Of a stretch of DNA of 64,000 bases, positions 35,901 through 51,200 are shown in pieces. A program made the translations under genes and the position numbers. Within the stretch, counting starts at the first letter, position 1, and every line of letters starts with the position of its first letter. A model generated the notes under the pieces. The model did not search any database and was not told where the DNA came from. It saw only the letters and a list, made by a program, of their open reading frames with translations. Source of the DNA: Marsupella aquatica (taxonomy: Eukaryota > Plantae > Marchantiophyta); the NCBI GenBank assembly GCA_973895155.1, contig OZ316892.1, positions 9,838,283 through 9,902,282 of the forward strand. The letters run 5' to 3'.

Positions 35901-38900
35901 TCCCCAATCTTGTGACTCGTCGCAAGCCATATATATGGACCCCTAAATTCTTGAGGCACGTGAAAGAGGAATTCAGTCACAAAGCCTCAACCACATTGAA
36001 AAATGCTCCTTAATGGGTCCCATGTGATTTTGATTTAAGGTCCATCAATTGACTATCACTCATAGGGTCCATCAAGTAACACTTTTCATTCTAGGGGTAC
36101 ATCAATTGAAATATTTTGCTCCACACAATAGGAATGCCCTGACCATGGAGGAAACGCTCACTAAGTTGGTTACCTTGAGTGTGAAGTGAAAACCCCACAC
36201 TTGATTACCCTTCACTCTTCATTGGTCTTAGTTACTAGACCAATGTCCTTCAGTTTGGTCAGTGCAATCAACAGTAAGTGATGTTAAGTAGAAAAGTATT
36301 GTCAAACATATTAATTGGAAATTGCCAGGAAATCAGACACTGTGGGGAATTGGCAAATACGTACTAGGTGTCAGTGGCAAATTGAATGTCATGGAGTGTG
36401 TCACCTAGTGGCAAAACTGCATGTCATGGAGTGTGTGAGCTGTGGGGAGAGTGGTGTGTTGGGCATGTGAAAGGTGCACTTTAGGCCCATCTCATGGACG
36501 GTGAGGAAAAACAATTCACCATGATCAAATGGCTGTGGAGGTTTCTGGCATATACATGACATTTTGTAACCACAAATAAGAAAGAAAGGGCAAGATTGCT
36601 ACAAATTATAGTGTTTAGATTGCATGAATACTAAGTTTCCACCCGCCTGGATGTCTATATGAGCCATATATGGTGGCTACATTCAGAAGTTTGACAACTG
36701 CTGTCCAAGGTAGCAGTGGACATGACAAACTGGGATGGAATGGGCTGAGTGGGTGAGTGGGAAATTAAGGAAATGACTAGAAAAACAAAGTAACCTAGGA
36801 AAAGCGTGATTGAGTAAGACTTTTCAAAGCAATGTTTCTTCATATGGCAAAGAGCTACCAGCAAAGTGGAAAATGACCCGCTAACCTATTTATTTGGGCC
36901 CTGTTTTTTGACTCACGTGGTAGGCTACCGCTGTACTCCCTGGTTTCTATTTCTTGAATAAAAAATCCATTTCAGTAAAAAATGTGTCTAATGACTTCAC
37001 AAACAAAAAAATTTTAAATTACATTTTGAAAGTGAAGTAAGGAATTCTAAGCTTGAATATGATCTCCATCCAAACCTTACAAACTCATATGGGATTCTGC
37101 ATTTTTCTTTGCACGAAAACTCATAGAAGTTTAGTTTTAATTAGTAATTTAGTAGTAGCAAACTCTTGAAAACCGGCTTTTTCGTCCAAAGGCTTTTATA
37201 CTAAACTACTAATTTACTCATAGAAAGGCTTTTATACTAAACTTGTATCATTTTATACCAAAATAAAGGAAACTTAGAAATACTATCCTGGCAATAACAA
37301 TTAATTATCTAAGGATGACTTGTTGCCAACTTTGCAAAGTTTCTCAAAAACAAAACCTGAAAAACTTCTATAGTTACCAAATTTCGGCATTTAGTCATAA
37401 ACTAGGGTTTGCAAGAACCGGCAGCCGCTTTAGAAAAATGGGCAACAATACACTCGACGGTGTGCAGTCCATATAATCTCCGTCGTTTTGCAGGGAGGGA
37501 TTCACGAAGACCGTATCCAAAAAGTAGACAGGGCATTGGGCAGACGATCCTGCGCCACGTGGCTATTTGGACGCCCAGAATGAGGTTAGATGGAATCTGG
37601 GATGAATCGGAGCCGGTGGAGGTTCCTGAGAACATACGGTCTACATGGCACTATGCATGGGATGAGATGCCATGCATGATTTCAGTAAAGTCACACGTCC
37701 ATTAGTGTAAATCCCCCATAATTCCTTGTCACTTAAAAACAACCCTTATTAAATTCATCTCTTCTTACTAAAAAACAATTTTAAAATCAGTTTCAAAGGT
37801 ATCATCTTATAGCTATCAATGTTATTTTACTGAGAAACTCTTTTTAAAGGATGCTCTAAATGCGGTCAAGGATTTAGGGTGTATCTAATTGAGACAAAAA
37901 AGAAATCGCCACCAAGAATTTCTATAATTGAATGGTTTGTCTGGTGAGAATTTATGTGGTTCGATAAAAATAACTTATTTGAGGCAACGAAAGTGCCACG
38001 GATGACATACTCAGACAAAAGTCCTGCTTGAAAGACAAGCACACAACCAAATCTGGTTGTGATTTGAAGACGTTCCACATGTAGGCCAGACAAAGATAGA
38101 GCTGCTCTGAGGTTACGAAGTTCAGAGATGGAGTCTTACTGAGATATCGAGGTTCAATCATATATCTGAAGTTCATGACTATAGTGCTATTTTAATTTTT
38201 CTGTAGTAGGGTTTTGGGTTTTATTAGACTGTACCCTGTTATAAATTAATTGCTAGAATAATGTCAGTCACTTTTTGTTGGCACTAAACCCTTGTCTCAC
38301 GTGACAAAAAAAAGTTGCCCTTGACCCAAAACCAGGTGACAGGATTACCCCGAGGATTCCTAGATTTTAGAATTTCCTAGAAAACCCACAAAAGACTTTA
38401 AATGGGTGTTTTTGCAAGGAATACCTGGGTTTCCCCTTTGTATAGCGGAAGAACAAATAAATAAAACAAAAGCCTTCAAAAATTGGTAATTGAAAAAGAA
38501 ACAAGTCGCTTAATGCAGTGGCTCAACCTTAGGATTTATATTGCTTGCTGTAAGGGAGAAGTTCAAGCCAGTGAAACTACGCATAATTATGCTTTTTTGA
38601 TTTTTAACTCAAAATATATATATATCACGATGCCAGAGGGTAAAAACGCCAAACCTGGTGACAGAGTTCCACACGCAAAACAACGCAATGAAGGGGGGAG
38701 AGGCCCCAAGAAGACCAGAGAGCCCAACAAGCCAAGGGGTCCACAAAAGCAAAAGAACAAAGATACAAATAAAGAACCTGCAAAGAAACCGAGAAGATTT
38801 ATACCCTACTGAGGAGAGAATGCATTAGTATATTGCAAGACCTCAGAAAGATACAGTGCACGTGTTGCATGAGGAACAGGGACACCACCAACCACAAAGG

Positions 38901-41900
38901 CTGCGAATATACCAATGAATTGTGCCATTTTGTAGACCTCAAATATATAAAAACAATCAAAATTAAAGAACTTAGCTGGTCAACCCTCTCCCCCCCCCCC
39001 CGGCCCCCTACATACACTCAAGTCAATAATCTAGCAACTGAAAAGAAGTGCTCGATGATATGTTTTTCTCAGGTTGCCTGGACAACGGGACACAGTATGG
39101 CCCGGCCGTACAACAAGAGTGACAAGATTGGACATGAATCCACTGAGATTTCAAGGCAGCGGAAGTTTAGGGAGGATTGGGGAAACATTCAACCGCACAG
39201 ACATCGAGGGCGGGGAAGTGACTGAGGAATCCGTCAGATCGACATCAACTTCCAGAGAGGCCATGGAACTGAGGAAACTAGGTATGGCTGTACTTTAGTT
39301 GTTAGGAATTGCTTCACAGGATGTCGGATGTCTACTGTAGAACTGATCAGGCTTCCATTCCGAACAGCTCTTCGATTAATTTGTCATTTGCCTAATGTCC
39401 AGAACTGACCAGGTTATCCATTCTGAACAGCTTTTCTACTAACTTGCCATTTGCGCCATTAAACCTGTGATACAATTTTCACAGCTGTGTAGGATCCTAT
39501 GCGTGCAAGGTGCTGGAGACAGAGACCTGGGTGGGCTTCACAGTATGTTTGTCCTTTAATTGGGAGTTGGCCGCTCATTGTATTTTGGTTTGGCTGACAC
39601 AACTTCGATCTGACAAAACAAAGCTCTGGCATCTACATAATTGAATCGATGGAACACCTTAGATTAAATCTCCAGGTGGCAATTATCAAGCTCGAGCCAT
39701 TACAGCTAGCTATTAAATTGACAAATCCGCTATTAATTATCGAAGGGGCAAGAGAACTTTCATTTCTTCCTTCAAACAAAATCAGACATAAAGAAGCAGA
39801 TCTCTCTTTGAAGAGAGTCAGTTGTTGACTTGACATGACGTTATATTTTAGTTCTACAGGGCATGAGAATGGTAAACTCAGCCAAGAGAAGTGTGAAACG
39901 ATAGATGGAAGAAGCTTCTGGAGATCCTTAAGTGGGCACGCACATCAATACAATTCTAATACAGAGAGACAATTAATTACGGGTACGTTAAAACCTAAGA
40001 CAGCATATAAATGAGACTATTTATCAAATGAAGTAACAAGTTATTGGCCTTTCAAGTGTCCTGGATGTGAACTGCAATCGGGACTGCAATCAGCACAACG
40101 GATCCTGCGCATGAGAGTAGTCTGATTAAATTACCCCAATATCACACTGTATTCGAGACTGTATTACGAAATGTCTAACGAAATCGATAATGTGTGACTA
40201 GCGGAATAAAACTCTACCTCGTGAACCCCCCTCCCTCCTCCTCTTCTCCAGATTGGCTAGTTCCAATGGGAAAAGAAAAAAGGATATTACAAAGCAGACG
40301 TGGTGCATGTAAAAGAAGGGACTGTACAAGATCCATCACAATGATACAATCGTGCATGATGACGAGCACCTTACTCGCCTCAAAATTGCCTAACTCTCCT
40401 TGCTGCTTTCTATAATTCTATGTCCACTCATCACACATGCAATACACTAAACATAATGTACCTCGATCACTTGGCAGATAGTAGCCTCGATCGAAACAAC
40501 ATTGGGAAAGGTTGCGTATTACCCCTATGATAACATGAAACACTAATGCAATGTCTTGGATACGAATTAAGGCATAGCTACATGCAACACAGATTCTCTT
40601 CTTAAAAACTTCGTTAGGACGATTATAGAACTTTCAATCTTCATCTCAATAATCTTTGGTGGAAACCTTACTAAGTTTTGTGCCTACAGGTGATTGTATG
40701 TAGTTGGAAGATGTCTAGATAATTTGTGATACTAGGAGGACGAATTGAATATCTTAAATAACTTATTTGGTAACCAGCTGATCGACTGTGTAAAAGTAAA
40801 GCAGTGGCGTGACAAGATACCTACTGTAGCGTGCATGGCTTTAATGAGACATTATGTTTACATGCAGGCTGCATGTAAATGGAGGTAGAGCTAAAAAAAA
40901 CCTGATAATAAAGGGAATATTCAGTTCAAGCCATGAAAACCTCGTCTGTGGGCAACATGACAGTGTAAGAGATGAACACGAACACTGGATATATGTAAAC
41001 AAATATCCACCTCTTCTCATGATATGGTTTTTGCTTTCCCCAACGGACGTAAGGGTACTGGATGAGTCATTTTCGATGCAAACAGTACAGTCGTAATGTA
41101 CTTGGCCTTCCAAAGCGGTCAGGGTTAGGTTTTTCTTTGTCTTTTCACGAGATTCTAAATGAACCCTAATTTCTTGTGTATAAATGGATACTCTAAGAAG
41201 TTTGCATGGACACTTTCTCTAGAATAAGATGTACACCTGATTGCACTCTATTTCTAGGCGGACATGAAGGTCTTTTTGAGCTTATTTGAGATACCAAGCT
41301 GATGTTGTGATGCAAGAGTGCTTGTCGTTTAGTGACGTAAGTGTAAAAAATCGTGTTGGTTGTAGAGGGGAAAAGCCTTCGTGCGGGCCTTCGTGCTGTG
41401 CAGTTTTCAGAGACATTCCAGTTCTTCCACGATAATCCTTAACTGGATATTGTAAATACTGATCCACATGAAATCGAAATCTTACACTGTAAAATTGGTT
41501 ACAGTCTGATATATCAGTCGTTTCCACATCAAAAGAGAGGTAGACTTCCAGATGCAACTGCACAATCGACCTACCACCTGAATCAACACAGCATAAAACA
41601 ATATGCGGAGTTAGCCCAGGAGTTAGATTAGCAAAAGTGAAGCCCAGACGTACCACCACGTTGGACGCTGTGCTCCCGTGGCTCGTCCTGTGGACCACAT
41701 TTTGGTGGTCACGTGGTCCATGAGAGTTTTCTGTTTATAACCTGATTATTATGATCGAGTTAAAATAATTTTTAGTTGTTGGCCTGCAATGTTACTAGAG
41801 AAGGAGGACACATAACAAAAATGCAAGCCCTAATATTTCATATCAACCTAAATAATGCAAATCAATCTAATAGAATGTACCCCTCTGCATTCGACCAAAG

Positions 41901-44900
41901 TGGCCAAAAACTTCAGTCATTTCCAGGAAAGGGTTGCTTACCTACTCTTCCAGCACATATTCAGAGCTAGAATATATTTGAGTTTATGAATGTCAACTTA
42001 TTCCTTGTCAACTGTTGCAGATCCCACATGGAATGGAGTGGGTCTCTTCCTCTGACTTCTTGGTCCATTCCTATTTTGAGTTTCTTACATTAAAAGTGGA
42101 CCCACATGCCCCATATCAAATCTTCATGTGTCAGAGCAAGAAGGGCCCTAGCCACAGAACTCCTATCTGACGTGCAAGTGGAATAGTCCCCAACCTGTCC
42201 CCTTGCATATTAGCAGATTATTCTAGCACCATTTAGTACACATTGGGGACCACTAAATAATTCAAAACTCTCATTTAACCCCAGCATACTATTTTTAGAA
42301 TCATGCTAATCGACAAATAGATTAGCTTTGGTAAAATACAGTCAAACCAACCCCAAGGTTATGTAGAGCCACTCTTATACTTACGTAATCAACATTGAAC
42401 ACTGATTAAGTACAGTTTACTTAGAAGCGGAAATGTGAATTCTTCGAAGCCCGCTTCTAAGATTTTAGATCTAGACGAAAGTATTTGTATACATATGTAT
42501 TATAGATAGAATTAAACTTGTTGAGGTTTGTCTCATAAGAACATGACATGGCTCGAGATTGATTGTCTCAAATTCCAAAATCTGTGGAACTCATGGCAAG
42601 GAATGTTGATTATTTTGTTCTCCATTCTCACAGTTGCGGAAGACAACTACAGACGAGCAACAACTTTTCCTGCTAGTAGCGCTTTTTCATTGACTACTTC
42701 TCGTGATTCTCGGGATTGAGTTCCCCTTATTCTTATTTTTCGGGCTGATTGATTCGTCAAAGGTTGAGATCGAGAGTGGCCAAGACTGGAGTGAAAATCA
42801 ATGGCAGCTGTGCAAGACACCCCGCAAGACACATCTGTTACAGCAGAGTTTACAACGCCAGAAGACAGAATTTCTTATCAGCCTTGCAGTGTGGATTTCC
42901 TCTCTTGTTCGTTATATCCCAGTACATTCGCGAACAAAAAAGGTTGAGTCGAGTCAAGACGGGTAAACCTAGGTCGCGAGTGCTCGCAAGTACCCGGAAA
43001 CTAATGAGATCGGTTGGATTGTTGCTGTTCCAATCGCCTCTTTTTTGGTGGGCTCAATGATTACTTCGTTTCATAGGCTGAGAATCCGGTGCTTGTTAGA
43101 GATGGTCATTAAGCAACTTCGAATATATTTCAAGGAACTGAAATACAAATGCATCGCGACTCAGAATTATGAGCCTAGGTACGAGCTTATCTCAGTGATA
43201 CTTGATTACAACTCTTGCTGTTCCAATCGTCACAAGATCGATGACTTCAAAATTCAAACAGTAGTGCATGAGGCGGCGTTCCACTATTGCACCAAATTAA
43301 TTAAAGGAAATCTGCAAATTTTGGACGAGATACACAGTTATGTGAATTGAACAGATGTGTAACTTGGTTGTCATCCAAACTCCTCCGTCCAAATCATAAG
43401 GAGACAATATCAACTGACCTAACCAGATACAAAAACAGTGACTCAAACCTGCCACCTGCCAGTCCTGACGACGATCTCAGTTGATTCGTCAAAGTCTCAG
43501 ACATCAGTTGTCCACAGCGAAGCACATTAGAAACAAGTTTCCAATTAGTGGAATTTGGAACGCAGTAGTACGTCAAAACATACAAGATATTCCAGCAGAC
43601 AGTCTATCCGGGAGTCTATCTTGGCAGTTTTCTTTGTAATCTATTTTTCGTTGACAACCAAACCTCAAGCTCGATTACCACCAGTCCAGACATTCGTGGG
43701 CAAAGGCATGTCCATGGAAATGAGAGGTCCATACTTTATCATGCACCCTCAAATTGTTAGTTAGTCTTCGCTACTCAATTGAATATTAATACAAATTAAT
43801 TGAAGTTGCTCTTGTCCATGTGTTAATCTGGGCAACATCCACTCTTCGTCTACTCCCTGTAGCGTGCTCTCACCATCCATCATCCAGCTGATATTCTGAC
43901 GAGTCGCTGCGTGACTTTCACTGTGCGATGCTGGAAAACATGCATGAAGAGACAGCCCCAAGAATGCAGAAAGGGGAAATTAAAGAAGCGGCGACAAGGA
44001 GTTTGTTCGTCAAGTTTAGGACGGAGATTTTTGTTCGGGTTCCTCGATCTTGTTGCGTTGTTGAGCATGATGACTTCATCTCCGCTCTTTTGCTTTTACT
44101 CGGTGTACTTTATTCGTACCTTAGTACTTTTCTCTCTTCTTATGATTCTCGTTGGACTAATAATCACGTTATAGATAGATTTCTGGGGTCCTCCGAGCAA
44201 AGAATTTCATCATCAGCCTGATTCCATGCAATGCAATCCACAATATTTAGAGGTGATCGCAGGCGCACCATTCACGGCCACACAATGAATTCTCCTGGCC
44301 TTCTGATTCTTAGACAGATATAGCCCGTGACGGATAGTGCCTCAAAAGCAGAGTAAGCTTCTTTGTTCCTTGCGTTACTAGAATACCCACTTTTTCTGTT
44401 ATCTAAATAAATACTGTGTCACTCCTTTCACTTATTAAATTATCGATCATATACTTTTCAGCAGTGGTGAAAGGAAGTAACTTTGGTTTACTTAGCTTGG
44501 ATTCAACATCTTGTCATTTTTATCGTTGCATGGTCCTGTTTGCCCTCACCTTATTCAACTCAGTAAGTTCATGCGCTTCACCATTTGCAGAGCTGAGGTG
44601 CCAATGGTTATGCTGGTTGACAAGGAGCAACAGAATCCAATTTGCAGGTACAATTAAAAGATCATTTTAAATACAAGATAACCCTGCTCTACCGCCCCAT
44701 CCAATGACTGTCCGAACTCTAGTTTACACTCTAGTTGCTCAGAAACCAAATTTTCCTCCTGGAGACTTTTTTGCCATTTTTTATTAGAACGCTCATGCTT
44801 TCATTTCTGTCAGGGGGGGGCGGCTGGGGGCGTACTTGAACCGTTGCTAGAATTACAAGACCGGCTTGCAATTGGCATTCCATAAATGTCTTTTAAATGC

Positions 44901-46929
44901 TTAAAGGTTAGAATTCTGATCGCTGGCCTAGTTTTCTATGATGTGTATGATGTTAAATTTTCTAGAGCTTCACTAATGATGCCTTCGCAGTCTAGGATCA
45001 TCAGTGCCATGCTAGGACCTTCTGTGGTTGGATTCAAGTATCCACCAAGGCTCGGTTCATAAACTTGAATGGATATAAATTCCAATGCATTTTTTGATAA
45101 TGAGAGATGTGAGGCTGATGAGAGATGAAAATATCGGAGGGGAGGGCATTGTGTGACTGCCAAAAGTCATTTGTTTTTAGTGAATAGTAAATGTGTATGA
45201 AGTGGTGGGGTACTGGACTACTGGAGCCCATGCTGCCGCTGTTCACCATATTCACGATTCACCAATGGTTCTAACACAGCCAATTTCCACCACTAATAGC
45301 CAAATTCAGCTGCAACCATTGGTGCCAAACAGCCAGTTTTCTAGGCATATTTTGCATAAATCTTCCTTGAAATCTCTGCTGACATGCATGCGAGTTGGCC
45401 CTTAGTACCCTAGGTCAAGGCAAAGTAGCCAGATCTAATTAATGAGATCTGATGCTTGCCAGATGTTGTCCAAGAGCTCAGGGGTTTTACTCTGTAGATG
45501 TTTTCTATAGTCTTTAATTGACTCTATGGGGTCTGACTATATAGAGCCCCCCACATGTGCTGTGACGTTTTTAGGTGAAGTACACGAAAGTTAAGACCAA
45601 AAATAATAATTCTACCCCTATTAATCTAGAATATTCGCAAAATCTTCCAAAATTGGGTTTTGTAAGCCCTATTTTTCCTTATGAATTGGATTTGAGAGAC
45701 ACTAAAGTTCTTAAGCTGCTATCAGGTGAAGGGTTGATATATGTCTTAACATTACCCAAGTGCCATATATTCAATGCAGCCCATTATCAAGCGCAGCCAT
45801 CAGGTGAAGGCGTGAGGGAATATGTGTTGACTTCATATTACCTAATTTGATCTAGGCTATGTGGATCCACTGTAGGCCAGGTGACGGTTCATTATTGATC
45901 GATCGCTACCGATCTCGCTCAAGGTGAAGACACGAGGGTGTAGGTTTTGACATCACTGAACACAACTGGGGTGAGGATCCACCCCAGGCAAGGTGAAGGC
46001 ACTCCCTGGTAAGTATTTATGGGGATCTGCCCAAGTTTGGTCCCCAGAAATTTGGTGACCAGCTTAATTTGGTCCCCAACCACAGGACCTGCCCTCAGAC
46101 TTGGACGTTGATGTAGACTTGGATGTTGATGTCGAATGCTGGTTGTAGTAGGGTGTCTCACAAACAAAAACTACTGGCACATCACGGGAGGCCGGTGAGG
46201 CAATAGGGAGCACCGCAACAAGGTACAAACAGGCAATTATTTTTGGGAGTACGGACAAATGAGTGGCCTCATGACACATTGAATGCTATTGTGTTTACTG
46301 TGAAATTGGGGCCTTTTACGGTCCCAGGCGTGACTGGTCAGTCCTCACAATTGGTGCCCGACCAGTCAGGACCACAACTCACCCAAGCGCACTCAAAGCA
46401 GAAAAATGGAGGTATTTGAGACGCCCTAGCGATCAGTCATGATTGTTATCCCAAACGACGACACACCCAAGCGCACTCAAAACAGAAAAATGGACAAAAC
46501 AGAAAAATGGAGGTATTTGTGACGCCCTAGTGATGTCTCATAATGTTCTCAAAATAGAGTTTGGGCCTGAAAGTTATGCCAACTTAATAATAGGTGGCAT
46601 TGAATGGTTGGGATGGATTAGCAACAATAAATGAGTTGGAGAACTCCTCCACATTAAGAGCGAGCTACAAGTGAGGAAGGCTCGTCCACAATTAAAAAAA
46701 GATAAAGGGAGAATCACCATCAGTTTTTCCAGGTCTTTAGGACAGGATGTGGGCACCAACCAGGACCCGCCTGAAGAAAGCAAGATTCCTGCTGCGGTGT
46801 CCCCACTTCCACAAATCGACTCCAGAACAAGCGTTTCAACGAAGGACTAGAATTGAAATTGATGGTTGACGCAGTTACGCAGTTCAACACCCTCCACTGT
46901 AGAATCGTTTTTTTCGCGTGTGTGTGCAG

Positions 46930-47120
46930 AGACGCACTACCTCACATATAACCCTTCGTCCTCAGCTCCGGATTCTGCAGTGGAGTGGAGTGGAGTGAGG
47001 TCGAGTGGATCTCCGTTCTCCACTGTGCGATGAGTGCAAGAGTTGGAGAGCCCGAGCCTGGAGTGTTCTGCTTGGCGTTTGCTACAAACGGAGGACGACA
47101 AGGGAGCCGTTGACTGGTGA
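46930..47120 (+). promoter_or_regulatory. Probable ureide permease promoter and first non-coding exon
   Basis: CATATAA at ~46946, followed by a leader-like exon ending in a strong donor CTG|GTGAGT at ~47116. Confidence 0.45.
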
Positions 47121-48263
47121 GTGTCATCGCTTCGTTTTCATCGGAGCAGTATTTTGTTGGATAGTCTTTCAGAAAGAAACAGCGCCAGTGATTGATCACC
47201 TGTGAAGACTGTACCTCCGTGTGAAGTCCCGTGAAGTCCCGTGAAGTCCTAGAATATTTCCACCAGGCTGCTCTATTCTTCCGATTTGTCTGCGAGCTGA
47301 AAATCTATGCGGTAATGGGGAATGTTTTTTTTCGTGTTGTACGTCTCTTTGGCAATGCAATGACGGAGAAGCTGCCATTTCCGTGTCTGTAACCAATTGT
47401 ACTCTGTGGATGAACCCACACGGAAGCATTTGCTTGTCCTACGTTGGGCATGCCTACCTGCCTACCTGCCTGCCTGCCCCAACACCGAAAATCAGTTAGA
47501 GCACCTCGCCTGAGATGACACACAATTCCCAGTTTTTCTTTCACCATTGTGGTAGAAAAATTCAGCAGCGGTCTTTGTGTCTACCTACAATCCTGTCATG
47601 GTTTTGAACAGCAGAGTTGTTGTAACTAAGATTGAGTGACTCTCCTTTTTGTGCAATGCTTTTTCAAAGTGACTGTTTCTCCACAGTCCTGGTATGGTAT
47701 TGAACAGCAGATTGTTTGAAGTTTTTGGGTGACTCTTGGCCCTGTAATTCGGTTTTCTTGGAAGGCTTTCGATTACAGATGGCCGTGAGGGACATAGACT
47801 GGTACTGAAATGGTCCTCACGCCTTGTGTTTTGGTGTTCCATCCTGGGCCGTGCTTAGAGTGCCTACAATCTTAAAACAATCTCCTTCTCAACATCAAAT
47901 TGGTGCAGTCAGTTTGTTACAAAAGGGCCAGTGGGTAATGGCATGGGCTATAGTGCCAATAGGGTCCTGATGTCTGAATTGAGGAGAGCCTATATTGTCA
48001 ATGTTGCCAGCCATCAACGAGTTGATCCTGTTTGGTCGACGTCTGAAAGGTAATTCTCAATAATTGCCATCCATTGTTGACTTGATTCTCGTGAACACCC
48101 TGGGTGGTCATGAGAACAAAACTTACAACCTCTTCCATTATTGCGCCGGGGGCTCTGACGCGGGAAACGTGAATTACCATGTCAGGGTCTGGGGATCTGG
48201 CACTTCATCCAGGTTGCATCATTCTGTCTGCACAACTCGTGGCTATCAGGCGAGCTCGGCAAG

Positions 48264-51200
48264 ATGTATCTGATTCATGATAAAGGCGGTGCCATAGCAT
48301 TGATGATAGCAGCATTGTGCTTTCTGGGAACATGGCCTGCTATTATGAATGCTCTGGAGCGGAGGGGCCGTCTACTGCAGCACACTTATCTCGACTACTC
48401 AATCACCAACTTTCTCGGAGCAGTCGTCATTGCATTCACCCTGGGACAAATTGGGTCGGCCAAGCCAGGATCTCCAAATTTCTTGACGCAACTGGGGCAG
48501 GTTTGTATAATTGCCTCGCTTTGTTCTTCGTGACATCCTGTCTTTCCAGCGATAATATCTGACGCAGAAGTTGGTTCTTGGGAAATTATTCATTCCCCGT
48601 CACTGTCACGAAATTGCGAAAAGTACCCAGAACCGATAGACTGCCATTTTCTTCAAGTACTTGTATATATGTAGCATCTCTCAAAACATAATGTACGATC
48701 AAGATTCCCTTCTCAGGGCGAACGCATCAAATAGCAGTCACATTCATGTTACAGTTGAGGCCGGGTGCAGATAAGTAGGGTACTTTTGTAATTTTGAAAC
48801 AATAATGGGCAATTTTGTAATTTCACTTTGGGTAGTTTGTTAATTTGTAGATTAGCCCACACGCATAGTTCTAAGCGCCAAGATACGTAGTTGCTCTCAA
48901 GTACAGGGTTGTTCTTTCCAGTACCACTCTGTTTTTTCAAGTGAGACGTATCTTTCCAATTTCCACTTTGGGGTCAGTGACTGAATCTCTATCGGGTAGA
49001 TGCTTCTTCTTCCCTCTGGTTTTCTCGTCTGTAGAAGCTTTTCTTTTCCAGTGGTCACTCTCTGGTACGTACAAGGCTAAGGGCATTCATGCAATGCAAA
49101 ATGCCTGGAGCAACAGAAAGTCCCAATTGGGGAGGAAAGTATCTTTGTCCTTGCACTCGCGCGCATGTAGTCCTTATGGGTCCTTTCCTCCTTGGTTTTC
49201 CAGAGGAAGTTTGAAGAGGACCCGAGATACTTTTATTTTACTTTCCTTACGTTGAAATTGTTCAGCATTTCATATGCGTCTTGCTCAGATTGTCCGGTAT
49301 GGGAATTGACTTTCCAAAACCAGCTTGTCCCTACTGAGATGGATGTTACTGTTTACGTTCGTTCGTCTAACCTGCTTCTAGCGGCTTTGATAATCTGCAT
49401 ACCAAGCTGGCTATTTCTGAGGGCTCGAAAGTGATCTAAAAGTAAAAGTTGGACTCCAAGATTTGCCTGTTGCGTTTCCCACTACCGTAACGAAGTTGTT
49501 TTTAAGTTTTTGGGAAACCTTTCGAGGTCGAGACCCTCTCTGAATATGATATAAGAGTTTTCAGAGCAAGTCGCTGCTCTGGCCACTCTGATGCTCTGCC
49601 AGTGAACTTCTACTAATGCATTCGCTTCGCTGTTGTTTTGTACCATGTAGGATAATGGGCCGTCCGTGGGCTTTGCTCTGGCGGGTGGGTTGGTTCTCTC
49701 GGTGGGCAACCTAGCCACTCAGTATGGGTGGCCTTTCGTAGGTCTATCTGCGACAGAGGTCATCTCCTCGAGCATTGCAGTCGTCGTCGGTGATTCTCTA
49801 TCTCTCACAACCAAAACAGATCAAATAGAATCCTGCCAAATCGCTTTACGTTCTTGACGCAGCTCAGCTGAGATCTCTCTTACAGATTGGCTGTGCTCTC
49901 TCAGGCACTACAATGAACTACTTCCTGGACGGGCGCATCAATCGGGCGGAGATTTTGTTTCCTGGAGTCGCTTGCTTTTTGATTGCGGTCTGCTTGGGCT
50001 CCCTCTTGCACGGCTCCAATACGGCAGACACGAAAGCGAAGCTGGAGGTCGCCAGAAAGCAGAGTGCGGTCGAGGAGATGCATACCCTTCAGCCGGGATC
50101 CGATGATGTTGAGAAGTGTGTAAATCTGCCCGATTCCAAGGCAAGCAAAGGGCTGCTGTTGGTCAAAGGAGCTAATGAATTATTCGGAATTGCACGAAAT
50201 ATAGGAACAAGTTTCGAATTTGGGAAGTCAATTTGTAAGCAGTCGATGATTTTGCTGGTATTTGGTCTTTCGAAGTGTTTTGAGAACCCAGCTCAGAATT
50301 AGAAACTTTCACTTACAATATTTAGAGGGAACGCACCTGAGAATTAAAAACTGATCTTTGGAACAAGGTTAGGTACCGGAGCCCAGGACTAGAGTTTGCC
50401 AAATGAATGTGAATTTCTTCTCCGGAATGCATTGAAAGGTTTCATATTATGTTAACTCCTATGACTGTTGTATCCGTTTCAGAGCTGCTGCTGCACCAGC
50501 AACAGGTGAAAAGCGTGCCGTAGGTTTGTTGATCAAATGTGCTACTCTTTGATTGGACTCATTGACTCGTGAAAGAACACGCTGCTGATTATTTAGAATG
50601 TTGCCAAAATGATTGGAACTTACTTGTTAACGAAGACTGTTTGTTTACGACTTTTCACAATTGGAAATGTAAACTAAAGACGGATGTAAATCACCTGTTT
50701 TCCTGCTTGAACAACTGAAGTATGTATGTGTGGGGCCACCAGATAGCAAGACCGAGTCTGGGAGTGCTCAGTATTTCCAAGAGCTGGATGACAAACGAGC
50801 GGTGAAGGTAAGTTTGAATAAGTTTTTTTCAGGTTTTGAATTTACACTTTTCTTATGCTTGTTAACACACACTGAGGAATTCACAGCCTGCGTTTCCTTT
50901 GGGGGCAATTATGCATCTATTTCTGTGGCTTACTGGCTAAAATCTCAAGATACTAACATTTGACCTCGCTTTCCGCAGTTGAACAGCGCCAGTTACATCT
51001 TTGGGCTCGGAATAGTCTTCTTTGCAGGCTTCTGCTTTGCACTTTTCAGTCCCGCCTTCAACTTGGCAACAAATGACCAGTGGCATTACTTGAAGCCAGG
51101 AGTTCCACACTTGGTGGTCTACACTGCATTCTTCTATTTTTCGATTGCTGCCTTTACCTTTGGGTTTGGCATCAACCTGATCTTCCTGTACCGGCCTCTG

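Noticed and set aside
37400-44700. Scattered 60-140-aa ORFs
   Set aside because: No recognisable domains, codon bias or consistent exon chain; treated as intergenic or decayed sequence.
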